The position numbers and the translations under genes were made by a program. From Cyanobacteria bacterium auto_48_18 (lineage in GTDB: Bacteria > Cyanobacteriota > Vampirovibrionia > Obscuribacterales > Obscuribacteraceae), in assembly GCA_036170915.1 (NCBI GenBank), contig JAVHQC010000036.1, positions 32,001 through 96,000 of the forward strand: 64,000 bases of DNA, read 5' to 3'. The notes beneath the pieces are model-generated. The model did no database searches. It was not told where the DNA came from and worked only from the letters and a program-made list of their open reading frames with translations. Of this stretch, positions 8,830 to 18,802 are shown in pieces. Numbering within the stretch: the stretch's first letter is position 1; every line of letters begins with the position of its first letter.

Positions 8830-9549
8830 CTATCTAATAATTCCATATGGATCACGCCTATGTGCCGCCTTAAAGCATATAGGTTCGAGTAATTCGAAGG
8901 TTTTATCTAACCCAAGGAGGACCTTTGCCGGCATAGGTCTTTCCTTTTGCATAAGTGCGTATGCGCAAAAATCTACCAGCTGGATGAAATACGATGCTTT
9001 CGAATCGCGGAAAAAAGGATCCTCGACAATACAGCCTAGTGGAATATTTTTCGCAGCCACTCCAGGAGACCACGCTCCAAACCGACTCGGAATATAGTTA
9101 AATTGCCGCATTCGTCTTATCATACGCGTAATAGCGCCCTCCTCACCTTCATCAAAAATTAGAACTGCATAGGTTTGGTGCTGTTGGGCAGTTCGGTTTA
9201 TGCGATTCAAGAGACGTTCTAATGCCCAATCGATGTTGCTATTTACCGAGTTTAACAGCAGCGTACCGGGTAAAGTGGACGCCATTGTTAGATACTCGCT
9301 GAATATTTCAATTCGACGATGCTTGCTTACGAAATGAGGGGGAGGGCAAATTTGTCCACGTCCTGAAGTAAATTTCCAAGCGTGCAGTTCTTTGCGAACG
9401 TAGATGTTGTCAGTCCTTTTAAGAAGTCTTCTATAGTCAAGAAGAGCTTTATAGACATTTAGCCACTGATCATCTTCGATCATCGCTGCCGAGAAGATGA
9501 AAGTATTCGTGATGGGATCTTTCGACTCATCGATGTAAGTGATATACAT
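8830..9549 (-). CDS. DUF3800 domain protein (RNase H-like fold, predicted nuclease)
   Basis: N-terminal YIDES, ELH motif, central FDEG, C-terminal DS..SYFIQLVDFCAY. Confidence 0.85.
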   Translation of the reverse strand: MYITYIDESKDPITNTFIFSAAMIEDDQWLNVYKALLDYRRLLKRTDNIYVRKELHAWKFTSGRGQICPPPHFVSKHRRIEIFSEYLTMASTLPGTLLLNSVNSNIDWALERLLNRINRTAQQHQTYAVLIFDEGEEGAITRMIRRMRQFNYIPSRFGAWSPGVAAKNIPLGCIVEDPFFRDSKASYFIQLVDFCAYALMQKERPMPAKVLLGLDKTFELLEPICFKAAHRRDPYGIIR

Positions 9550-9786
9550 TCGCCACCATTTTGTAGTTACCTCGATGTACCACAGTCCGCTCTTAGATCC
9601 TTAAGTCTGGCGATGAAATGTAGATTGCGCTATTCTGCAAACGGTTCTTTTGCCGGTTCAAAAATCACAGACTCCGCGCTAGAGACCCCGTCAAAGCTGA
9701 TGCTGAATTGTCATGCCCGATACGGTTTTTCACAACTACTTATCAAGCAATTAAAATGTAGTCTTACTCTTCCTGGGGAGCCGCAA

Positions 9787-12474
9787 ATGGCTTTTAAATT
9801 CTTTTTGGGCACTCGGTCCAAATTAAACTTGTCGTTGGCTCTAATCGCGGCCCTGCTGTCGGCATCCACGACTTGTCCAGCGATGGCCGAAAATACTGTG
9901 ACCGCGAAGAGTAAAATCGAATATCAGCGCTTACCGGCAAATTGCCGCCCCGAGCGTTACGACCTCTATTTTGAACCAGACCTGGAAACTGCAGAATTTG
10001 AAGGCACAGAAACCCTCTTCTTCACCCTTGACCGCGCAAGTAATGAAATTGTCCTCAATGCCGCAGATTTGAGCGTGTTTGAAGCTAGCATTGCGCAAAC
10101 AAAGCCAACTCACGGCGACTGGATCAAAGCCGAAATTGTAAAAGACGCACCTGGTGAGAAAGTCATACTGAAATTACCAAAGGCTCTTAAATCCGGCCAG
10201 TACGAGCTGTCCCTCAAGTTCAACGGCCGATTGTCTAAAAAGATGGAAGGTTTTTACCTCTCCACGTTTAAAGATAAAGACGGCAAAGAATTGCGCATTG
10301 CCACCACTCAGATGGAACCCACCGACGCCAGACGCATGTTTCCATGTTTCGACGAACCAGCTTACAAAGCGGCTTTCAAAGTAACCGTGGCAATTGATCC
10401 GACACTCTCTGCAATTTCCAACGCTGGTGTCGAGTTTGAAAAAGTTGACCAGCGTAAGAACAAAAAAGTAGTCACTTTTAAGGCTACTCCTCGCATGTCT
10501 ACTTATCTATTTGCTTTGATTGTAGGCCCATTCCAGTCTACTGAAGCGGCCGTGGTCAATGGTAAGAAAATTCGCGTCTGGTATACGGCGGGCAAAGAAT
10601 TGCTGGCACCATATGCGCTCTCTGCGGCCGCCAAACTTTTGCCTTACTACGAAAATTATTTTGGTCAGCCTTATCCATTAGACAAGCTTGATCTGATCGC
10701 AATTCCCGACTTTTCCGCCGGAGCCATGGAGAACCTTGGCGCTATCACCTTTAGAGAGAGTGCGCTGTTGGTAGACGAAAAGAATTCGGCACTCAGCTCT
10801 CGCATGCGGGTGGTCAATATAGTCGCGCACGAAATGGCACATCTCTGGTTTGGCGATCTGGTGACTATGAAATGGTGGGATGATCTATGGCTCAACGAAG
10901 CATTTGCCACATGGATGGCCGACAAAGCGGAAGACTTCTTGCGCCCCGATTGGCGCATATGGGACGACTTTGCCGTTGAGAGAGTAGGTACTCTAGACTC
11001 GGATGCCATTACGGCGACGCGCTCTGTGCAATCGCCCGTCAATTCTCCTAATGATGCTTTAGAGATGTTTGACGAAATCACTTATAGCAAAGGTGCTGCG
11101 CTGCTGCGCATGCTCGAGACTTATTTGGGCGAAGACAAATTTCAAAAAGGCATTCAAGCCTATATGAAGGCGCATGCTTTCAACAATGCATCTACCGAAG
11201 ATCTCTGGAACTCGCTATCAAGTGCTACCGACGGCAAAATCAATGTAGCCAAGCTTATGGATACCTGGGTGCATTCGCCAGGCTGCCCGCTGGTCTCTTT
11301 TGACGCAAAGACTCCCACAAACCTAGTTGTAACTCAGACCCGTTTCTTTTTAAATTCTGACGAGAAGGTCAAGCCGGCCCAGCCATGGCAGGTTCCACTG
11401 ATGCTTAAAAATGAGAAGAGTTCGGAGGCAGCTTTGCTTTCCAGCCAGCAGGCCAAACTAACAGTCAAATTCAAAGCTGCGCTTATTAACGGCACCGGCA
11501 ACGGTTATTTCCGCACCGGCTATAGTGCCTCTCAGCTTGAGCTTTTGCATGACCAGGCTCTGCTAAAGCAGCTTAACGTCAGCGAGCGTGTCTCGGTCTT
11601 GAGTGATGTGATGGCCCTGGCTGTTGCCGGCAAGCTGCCGCTGAATGACTACTTGTCGCTGACTCAGGTCTTTGCCCAAGACCAAGACCCTTATGTACTT
11701 GGTGTTCTCATTGGTCAACTCGGTCAGTTGGACGCAATGGTGGATGAACCAAGCCGCATGGCATTTCAGACCTATGTGCGCAAAGTGCTCAAGCCCCAGC
11801 TGGAGCGGCTCACGTATTTAAGGAAAGACTCAGACGACGATTTGACCGCTGAGGTCAGAGCCAGACTGATTAGGACACTTGGCACTATAGGTGGTGATCC
11901 TGAAGTTATCGCATTTTGTCGAGAAAAATTTGAGACTTACCTCAGCAATGTCAAATCTTTAGACGGCGATATGCTCTCGCCTATCGTGCAAGTAGTAGCG
12001 TACAACGGTGGCAGCACTGAATTTGCGCGCATTGAAGAGGCCTGGAGAAAATCAGTTACGCCAGAAGAGCGCAATCGCAATCTATTTGCTCTGGCGGCGT
12101 TTAGAGACCAATCTTGCATCGATAAAGCTCTCAATTTGAGTCTCGACAAAGATGTCAGAGCTCAAGATGCACCGCATTTTATGGGTCGCATAATTTCAGC
12201 ACAAGCCAGTCAACAACAGGGTTTTAAATTTTTAGGTGAGCACTGGCAAGAACTCTACGATAAAGTTGGTGAGAGAAAAATGCCAGATATTGTCGAGGCC
12301 TGTAGTTCTTTCAACAAACCAGGGCAACTTGCAACATTAAAGCAGTTCATCGATAGCCACCCTATGCCTTCAGGTCGTCGCAGTGCGGCCAAGACCATAG
12401 AATTTGCCACTATCGGCACGAACTTCAGGGCCAAACAAGGGAATACTTTAGCTCAATTCTTTGCCGGTAAATAG
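9787..12474 (+). CDS. pepN: M1 family aminopeptidase (PepN/puromycin-sensitive type) with signal peptide and ERAP1-like C-terminal domain
   Basis: GAMEN, HEMAH..NEAFA, YSKGA; start moved to ATG 9787 after GGGGAG RBS. Confidence 0.92.
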   Translation: MAFKFFLGTRSKLNLSLALIAALLSASTTCPAMAENTVTAKSKIEYQRLPANCRPERYDLYFEPDLETAEFEGTETLFFTLDRASNEIVLNAADLSVFEASIAQTKPTHGDWIKAEIVKDAPGEKVILKLPKALKSGQYELSLKFNGRLSKKMEGFYLSTFKDKDGKELRIATTQMEPTDARRMFPCFDEPAYKAAFKVTVAIDPTLSAISNAGVEFEKVDQRKNKKVVTFKATPRMSTYLFALIVGPFQSTEAAVVNGKKIRVWYTAGKELLAPYALSAAAKLLPYYENYFGQPYPLDKLDLIAIPDFSAGAMENLGAITFRESALLVDEKNSALSSRMRVVNIVAHEMAHLWFGDLVTMKWWDDLWLNEAFATWMADKAEDFLRPDWRIWDDFAVERVGTLDSDAITATRSVQSPVNSPNDALEMFDEITYSKGAALLRMLETYLGEDKFQKGIQAYMKAHAFNNASTEDLWNSLSSATDGKINVAKLMDTWVHSPGCPLVSFDAKTPTNLVVTQTRFFLNSDEKVKPAQPWQVPLMLKNEKSSEAALLSSQQAKLTVKFKAALINGTGNGYFRTGYSASQLELLHDQALLKQLNVSERVSVLSDVMALAVAGKLPLNDYLSLTQVFAQDQDPYVLGVLIGQLGQLDAMVDEPSRMAFQTYVRKVLKPQLERLTYLRKDSDDDLTAEVRARLIRTLGTIGGDPEVIAFCREKFETYLSNVKSLDGDMLSPIVQVVAYNGGSTEFARIEEAWRKSVTPEERNRNLFALAAFRDQSCIDKALNLSLDKDVRAQDAPHFMGRIISAQASQQQGFKFLGEHWQELYDKVGERKMPDIVEACSSFNKPGQLATLKQFIDSHPMPSGRRSAAKTIEFATIGTNFRAKQGNTLAQFFAGK

Positions 12475-13298
12475 TGCGCCACTACGTTTCTAGATTAGCA
12501 TCAGCCATAGTAGCTCTGGTTTACGCCAGTACCAGCGGGGTTTCTGCCTTTGAAACTCCGATACCACGGGTAATGCTCTGGTCTTGGCAGAAAATAGAAG
12601 ATTTGCGCTCGGTTGATGGTAAAAATGTCGGGGTAGCTTTTTTAGTGGGCCGTTTCACTGTGGACGGCCATAAGGTAAATTGCCAGCCGCGTCTGTCACG
12701 ACTGCAGCTGCCTGTCGGCTGTTACCGTGAAGCAGTCGCCCGTGTGGAGGTGAAATCACTACCACCAGAAGAAAAACAGTCCGAGGTCAGCGCAGAGCTG
12801 TCTGAAAAAATTGCTGATCTGGCAATGCGAAGTAAAGTCAATGCTGTGCAAATTGATTTTGATGCCAGACAAAATCAGCGGCAGTTCTATTTGCACTTAC
12901 TGCGAGACTTACAAAAGGCGCTGCCACAAGGCATGACACTTTCTACCACCGCTTTAGCCTCGTGGAGTCAGGGTGATACCTGGCTCAAAGATGCTGTAGA
13001 TCAAAAGCAAAATATCAATATTGATCATGTGGTGCCCATGTTTTTTACCATGGGTGCAGGTCACAGCAAAGCTTTGCAACTTTTGAAATCTCAGCTGCCG
13101 CTCACCTTTAACAACAAGCTAGCTATTGGGCTATCGCTTACAGATTCTGCAGCAATCGGCGTAGTTGCTCAAAGATTGAGCAGATTCAATCACATTTATT
13201 TGTTTTGCTCTCCCGGCTGGAGTCGCGAGAGCCTCAATGAAGCCGGCAAATTGATAGACATTAAACTGACTGAGGAGAACAAAATTGGCCATATTTAG
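12474..13298 (+). CDS. DUF3142-like exported protein (TIM-barrel, glycoside-hydrolase-like)
   Basis: VQIDFDA....FY..LL..L...LP....LS.TALASW pattern; signal peptide. Confidence 0.7.
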   Translation: MRHYVSRLASAIVALVYASTSGVSAFETPIPRVMLWSWQKIEDLRSVDGKNVGVAFLVGRFTVDGHKVNCQPRLSRLQLPVGCYREAVARVEVKSLPPEEKQSEVSAELSEKIADLAMRSKVNAVQIDFDARQNQRQFYLHLLRDLQKALPQGMTLSTTALASWSQGDTWLKDAVDQKQNINIDHVVPMFFTMGAGHSKALQLLKSQLPLTFNNKLAIGLSLTDSAAIGVVAQRLSRFNHIYLFCSPGWSRESLNEAGKLIDIKLTEENKIGHI

Positions 13299-15591
13299 CT
13301 TGAATAGAGTATTCAAAAAGAGTCTGGTAGCTGCTTTGGCCTGCCAATTGGGCCTTTTTTCAATGGTTCCAGCGTCAGCATGTGGGCCGTTTTATGATGA
13401 TGCAATTTATTCATATAGTCTGCATCCAGACCTGCCGCTTCAGTTTTTTGCCGAGGGCAATTTAGGGCTTGTTGAGCCGACATTCGCTCGTTCCTATCTC
13501 TTTGTCGCTTACCGCTATCTTAATGGTAAACCCCTGACCAATACTGAGCGTGAGCAAGCACTTAGTCTCTGGCGTTTTCGCCTTGGCACAGGTAGCAGCG
13601 ATGACAACTCGGCCAGCGAACTCTGGCTCAAGGCCCGCAATAAGGCAGCCGCTGGCTTAACAGGCATCGCTAAGTTAGACGATATCAACAAATATCGGCA
13701 AGCAGGTGGAGACGATGATTACAATCCCTATCTAAATTGTACTGCTGACGCCTTCACGCAGGCAACCAAAACTCTGCAAGACAAAATCACCAGATATGGT
13801 GCAGGCAGCAGTGAGGTCAAAGAATGGCTGGCAGCTCAAGACAAAGTCTTTTGCCATTGCGGTGGAAGAACATATGATTATTCTAAAAAGGTCACATCGC
13901 CTGAGCCTCCTTTCCCTGAGCCCGCTCCAGCTTCGGCAAGCGTAGAAGTTAAGCAAGAACGCGCCTATCAAATAGCAGCGGCCAATTTTTATGCCAAAAA
14001 TTTCGACGAAGCTGCTAAACAGTTTGGCTTAATTGCCCTTGATACCACTTCTCCTTATAAAAAGATTTCGGCTTATTTGGTGGCACGGTGCTTGATTCGC
14101 AAAGCTACACTGAGTACCAATAAGGGTGTTGATCAAGTGGCGTTGCTAGCCGCTCGCAATAAGCTGGTGGAGCTGCAAAATGATCCGGCATTGGAATCTT
14201 TAAAAGAAGGCGTGACCTCTTTATTGAGGTTTGTCGGTGTCAGACTTGATCCGGCAGTCGCATTGACCGACATAAGTAAACGCTTGATTTCAGGCAATGA
14301 TGCCACTTTTTATGACGATCTGGAAGGCTATGTTTATTTGCTCGACAATGCCTTTCAGGAAGACTCGGAAGAGTCTTCTACCACGCACAAAGTGGACGAT
14401 AGTAAGCTTGCTGCCGCTATGCGCGCCGATGATATGACCGATTGGATCTGGACATTCTCGAGCGATGACAAACAATCTACTGATCATGCAATAGAGCGCT
14501 TTCAGAAAGACAAAAGTCTGGCCTGGTTGATTTGCGCCGCTGCTAAGCTAAAAGGCAATGAGCCATTAGCTCCTGAAATTCTTGGTGCATTAGCCGCGGT
14601 GCCTAAGACCAGCGCGGCCTATGTCACAGCCGGCTATCAACAAGCGCGCATTCTATCGGCCCGCAGTGCCGACACAGAAGCAAGAGCCGTAATTGACACT
14701 ACCCTTAAGGCGACCAAAGCGCCGTCTGCCGTAAACAAATTGAATTTGCTCAAACTAAATCTAGCCAAGTCTTTAGACGAGATGCTGGCCCTTTCATATT
14801 GCTCACCGGCGCTTGTGGTCGGTGAAGCTGAAGGTGCCGTTCTGGCAGAGCAGTGGGCTGAAGACGACAAGAAGAAAGTTGTTGCCTATAAGACTCTTGC
14901 GCCTCTGCTGAGGCCCGAAGCGGCAGCGGTGCTCAATCAAAAATTGCCCCTGGCACAGTTTTTATTAGCTGCCGAATCAGAGCGTATTCCTAGAGGTCTG
15001 CGGTCTGATTTTGCTCAAGCAGCTTTTTGTCGCTCAGTGCTCTTGCACGATTCAGCCAGTGCTAGTAAAGCCGGCTTACTGCTGCGTAAGTCTATGCCTT
15101 CTTTGACCAGTTCTCTGACAAATTATGATCAGGCAGCACCAGACAGTAAAGACTTTAGCGCAGCATTTATGATGTTGAAAAATCCAGGGTCAAGACCTTA
15201 CATCACAGCAGGGGTGGCACGCACAACTGCTTTTAATCACCTTGATGATTATCAAGACAACTGGTGGGATGCCATTAAAGCTGATACTGCTGTGAAATAT
15301 CCTGGGCAGAGTTTCATCAAAGCAGCCGAGCTTGCCAAAGCAAAAGCTGAGCTGACTGTTGTAAACAGCGCCTCGCCAGCAGCGAACTATCTGGGTAAGG
15401 TTGTCACCGACTATGCCAAAACCCACAAGAGCGATCCAAGGGTGCCTGAGGCCCTGCATATGGTTGTTAGAGCCACCAAGCTTGGTGCTACCAATAGTGG
15501 TACCAGTGCCATGTCTAAATTAGCCTTCCAGTTGCTGCACCAGAATTACAAAGGTAATGCCTGGACACTAAAGACACCATACTTCTACTAA
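13285..15591 (+). CDS. Large exported helical-repeat protein (typical DUF3142 partner)
   Basis: Signal peptide then ACGPF; C-terminal DPRVPEALH.VVRATK...AFQLLH..Y...W..KTPYFY; overlaps upstream gene. Confidence 0.7.
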   Translation: MAIFSLNRVFKKSLVAALACQLGLFSMVPASACGPFYDDAIYSYSLHPDLPLQFFAEGNLGLVEPTFARSYLFVAYRYLNGKPLTNTEREQALSLWRFRLGTGSSDDNSASELWLKARNKAAAGLTGIAKLDDINKYRQAGGDDDYNPYLNCTADAFTQATKTLQDKITRYGAGSSEVKEWLAAQDKVFCHCGGRTYDYSKKVTSPEPPFPEPAPASASVEVKQERAYQIAAANFYAKNFDEAAKQFGLIALDTTSPYKKISAYLVARCLIRKATLSTNKGVDQVALLAARNKLVELQNDPALESLKEGVTSLLRFVGVRLDPAVALTDISKRLISGNDATFYDDLEGYVYLLDNAFQEDSEESSTTHKVDDSKLAAAMRADDMTDWIWTFSSDDKQSTDHAIERFQKDKSLAWLICAAAKLKGNEPLAPEILGALAAVPKTSAAYVTAGYQQARILSARSADTEARAVIDTTLKATKAPSAVNKLNLLKLNLAKSLDEMLALSYCSPALVVGEAEGAVLAEQWAEDDKKKVVAYKTLAPLLRPEAAAVLNQKLPLAQFLLAAESERIPRGLRSDFAQAAFCRSVLLHDSASASKAGLLLRKSMPSLTSSLTNYDQAAPDSKDFSAAFMMLKNPGSRPYITAGVARTTAFNHLDDYQDNWWDAIKADTAVKYPGQSFIKAAELAKAKAELTVVNSASPAANYLGKVVTDYAKTHKSDPRVPEALHMVVRATKLGATNSGTSAMSKLAFQLLHQNYKGNAWTLKTPYFY

Positions 15592-15605
15592 ACTACAAAA
15601 GTTTT

Positions 15606-16643
15606 TTAGTGTTTCTTTTGCTGGGCTTCCCAGGCTCTCAATTTTTGCACGCCCACCTCAAAGTCTTGCGGCCGGCTATAAAAATTGTGTTTGCCATTGT
15701 TGAAAGCAGGGTCGCGTACATAATAGATATAACCGCTCTCAACCGGGTTTAAGGCCGCGTGGATTGAATTCTGACCCGGCGAACCCACCGGCCCTGGTGG
15801 CAGCCCGTAATATTTTCGAGTGTTGTAAGGAGACTTCAGATCGAGATCACTTTGGTACACGATACCGTTGCCCTTCCATTTTCCAATCATTTTTGAAGCG
15901 TAAACAATGGTAGAGTCCATTGCCAGGGGCATTTTGCGGGCGATGCGATTGTTGATTACCGATGCCACTATTGGCCGCTCCTGCTCAAGCTTTGCTTCTG
16001 TTTCGATAATCGATGCCATGGTTATTGCTTTATGGGCAGTCAAAGCATATGGATTTCTTTCCTTTTCCCACACTGTGCGAAAACGTTGCACCATAGCAGC
16101 AATGAGCTCTTGTGGCTTAGTATCAGACTGCACAAAATAGGTGTCAGGAAAAAGGTAACCCTCCAGATTGCTGACAATCGGATCAATGTCTGCAATCAAA
16201 CTAACTTTATTCATCAGCGCAAGAGCACCCTTGCGATCAATTTTCAGGCTTTTAATTTTGGCCATAGCATCGGCGATTTCAAATCGTGTCCAGCCCTCAA
16301 TCACAGTTAGCTTGTTGAGCTCAATGCCTCCAGCTTCTAACGTGCTCAGCGCTTCCAGAGGGGTTATTGGCGACTTGAAGCGATAATCACCAGCCTTTAT
16401 GACGGGGTTTGCACCAGTAGAGCGAATATACAGTTTCAAATAAAGTGCTTTATCAATAATGTTCTTTTTTTCAAGCTTGCTTAAAATCTCGTCTAGAGAC
16501 ATGCCGCGCGTCACTGCAATCAAATCATTCTGACCGTCGTGATTGTGGCTCTCTTTCAACTTTTCATTTAGAAGATATCCAGCAGCAGTCAGAGCCGCCC
16601 CGATGAGCACCACGAAGGCAAGCAAGAATTTTAATGCACGCAT
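15606..16643 (-). CDS. mltG: Endolytic transglycosylase MltG
   Basis: N-terminal TM, LEGYLFPDTY, ASIIETE, SPYNT....GLPPGP. Confidence 0.95.
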   Translation of the reverse strand: MRALKFLLAFVVLIGAALTAAGYLLNEKLKESHNHDGQNDLIAVTRGMSLDEILSKLEKKNIIDKALYLKLYIRSTGANPVIKAGDYRFKSPITPLEALSTLEAGGIELNKLTVIEGWTRFEIADAMAKIKSLKIDRKGALALMNKVSLIADIDPIVSNLEGYLFPDTYFVQSDTKPQELIAAMVQRFRTVWEKERNPYALTAHKAITMASIIETEAKLEQERPIVASVINNRIARKMPLAMDSTIVYASKMIGKWKGNGIVYQSDLDLKSPYNTRKYYGLPPGPVGSPGQNSIHAALNPVESGYIYYVRDPAFNNGKHNFYSRPQDFEVGVQKLRAWEAQQKKH

Positions 16644-16661
16644 AGGGTCACGGTTTGAGCA

Positions 16662-17594
16662 TCAGGCGTTGGGAGGCAGCGACAAAGACCATTCATTGTT
16701 GCCGTCCTGGCTGTTTTGTTTAAAGTAGAGGAAGTAGCGCACGATTTTTTCTTTGCTTTTGGCTTTGGCTGTCTGACTCTGAGTCTTGCCTTTGCCCTGC
16801 ACTTCCACCATTACCGGATCGCTTTGAACGTCGACTTCATTACTCACCAGCAGCGGCTTTTTATCTTCCCTATAGAGCTTAACTCTGTCCCCCTCGATCT
16901 TAAAACTAAGACCAGCAGTATCAAGTGGCTCTAATTTGATTGCAGGATTGCGCAAAACTGAAGCCTCGCGCACCAGAATTTTGTCAAAGAAACTGGCGCT
17001 CTCAGGGCAGAGCTTGCGCTCGTCATCGAGGGAATCTTTGTAGATTGCCTTTAATTTGTCTCCCTTATGTTCATTGAGCGCATTCCAGTAATTTTGAAAT
17101 TCTCGCTCGATGGCCTTCTTGTCATCATCACTCAAGCTTTCAATTTTGCTAGTAGCCTGATCCGAAGGCAAACTAAAGGAAATTTTCTGCGTCGTCATGG
17201 CTCGTGATAATTGGTCTGCCGGCAATACCAGTTTGGCCAACTCTTCTTTTTTAGGCCCTGCGGTGCGTTTTTCCACCAGCAAATTCATGGGCGTTTTGGT
17301 ATCGCTGATGTATTCCACAGCAAGTTCATTCAGTCCAGGACGAACAAAACCCGAAATATTGACCGGTAACGTCAGTGTAATAATTGGCGCGGTTAGTATG
17401 CCTGCGCCGTTAATAGTGGCTTGTTTGACTGGCATAGCACGACCATTGAAAGTAAGAAAATAACCAGTCAATTCGCGCTTTTCTGCAGCACTGATTTCGG
17501 TAGATTTAGCAACTTGGGCTATGGCCGGCGCTTGAAATCCCAACCAGAGTAGATTGAGGCAAACAATTGGAGCTATTGCAGCTTTTGCAAACAT
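16662..17594 (-). CDS. Hypothetical exported protein
   Basis: 310-aa ORF with signal peptide (PAIA-Q). Confidence 0.7.
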   Translation of the reverse strand: MFAKAAIAPIVCLNLLWLGFQAPAIAQVAKSTEISAAEKRELTGYFLTFNGRAMPVKQATINGAGILTAPIITLTLPVNISGFVRPGLNELAVEYISDTKTPMNLLVEKRTAGPKKEELAKLVLPADQLSRAMTTQKISFSLPSDQATSKIESLSDDDKKAIEREFQNYWNALNEHKGDKLKAIYKDSLDDERKLCPESASFFDKILVREASVLRNPAIKLEPLDTAGLSFKIEGDRVKLYREDKKPLLVSNEVDVQSDPVMVEVQGKGKTQSQTAKAKSKEKIVRYFLYFKQNSQDGNNEWSLSLPPNA

Positions 17595-17749
17595 AATTGA
17601 TCCTGACTCACTTAATGACGAATTAGCACTAACGGCGCCAATTTTAGCATCTCCAATTTGCCAAATTAACGCTGTTCTAGACCTGAGTTGAGTGCCTTAT
17701 CGGAACAGTGAGGTGATACTGCCGTCCTTAATTTATACTAAGAGCGTTT

Positions 17750-18802
17750 TTGAGAGTTGCTTTGCAAAAAAATCGTCTACTCACATTACCAGAACTTACC
17801 ACTACAGCTCTCGTGCCTCTGGCGCTGATCATGGCTTTAGTTGTGGTTGGAAGCCCAGCTGCGCAGGCTGATGCACCTCTTTTGGCACCACCAATAGGTC
17901 AAGCGCACGCCAAGCAGTCTTTGCAGGCCTTGCAGGGAAATGTCACTTCGGTAGACGCAGCTCAAGATATGGCCGGCCAAACCAGAGTAAATCTCAATGC
18001 CGCCCACGCCATTGCTAACTTTATTGATTTACCGCCGGTTACAGGAAAAGCACAGAGCGCAAGGGTAGATCCGTTGGTCTTCAGAGCGTGGCTGTCGAAG
18101 GCTCATCCTGACTTTGTCCTGAGCGGTTCAGCCAGCGATGCAAGCGCTGTGGTAGAAGTGGCTGGACAGTGGGATAAAGCTGACAAAACGCTTTCAAAAT
18201 TACAAATTCCTTACCAGCATGTTAAAGCCGGTCAACTTACGCCTGAAATGCTTGCTGGTACGAAGGTTCTCATTATTAACTGTGCAGGACAAATAAAAAG
18301 AGACAGGCTGCAGACGGTACGTGATTTTGTCAAAAACGGTGGTTACTTGCTAACTACTGACTGGGCTTTAGACAACATGGTGGCGCAAACTTTTCCCGGT
18401 TATATCAGCTGGAACAAAGGTGTAAATAAAAAAGACATTTATGATGCTGAATATCTCTCACCAGACCCGGTGCTTGCCATTAACACAGTACGTAGCGCCT
18501 TTTGGAAACTTGATGCGGCATCGCATCTGATACGCATTCTTAAACCGGATGCGGTGCGCGTGTTAATAACAAGTCGGCAGTTAGCAGGAGAAGATCCAGA
18601 CAAAGCAGGTGTACTTGCTGTAATCTTTCCCTTTGGTCGCGGTTACGTTTTGCATATGGTTGGACATTTTGATAACAATGCCAAAATAGCAGTGGGCAAT
18701 TTCTTGCCTGATTCATCACCGGCAATCGGTATCAGTCTCAGGCAGGCGATAGCTACAAACTTCATTGTTGCAGGAATGACAGGAAAAAGGCTGCCTTATT
18801 GA
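17750..18802 (+). CDS. Hypothetical exported protein with class-I glutamine amidotransferase-like domain
   Basis: KVLIINCAG...VRDFVKNGGYLLTTDWAL; G.GYVLH.VGHF. Confidence 0.55.
   Translation: MRVALQKNRLLTLPELTTTALVPLALIMALVVVGSPAAQADAPLLAPPIGQAHAKQSLQALQGNVTSVDAAQDMAGQTRVNLNAAHAIANFIDLPPVTGKAQSARVDPLVFRAWLSKAHPDFVLSGSASDASAVVEVAGQWDKADKTLSKLQIPYQHVKAGQLTPEMLAGTKVLIINCAGQIKRDRLQTVRDFVKNGGYLLTTDWALDNMVAQTFPGYISWNKGVNKKDIYDAEYLSPDPVLAINTVRSAFWKLDAASHLIRILKPDAVRVLITSRQLAGEDPDKAGVLAVIFPFGRGYVLHMVGHFDNNAKIAVGNFLPDSSPAIGISLRQAIATNFIVAGMTGKRLPY

Noticed and set aside
9613..9786. N-terminal extension of the aminopeptidase in the ORF track
   Set aside because: Better RBS and signal peptide begin at ATG 9787
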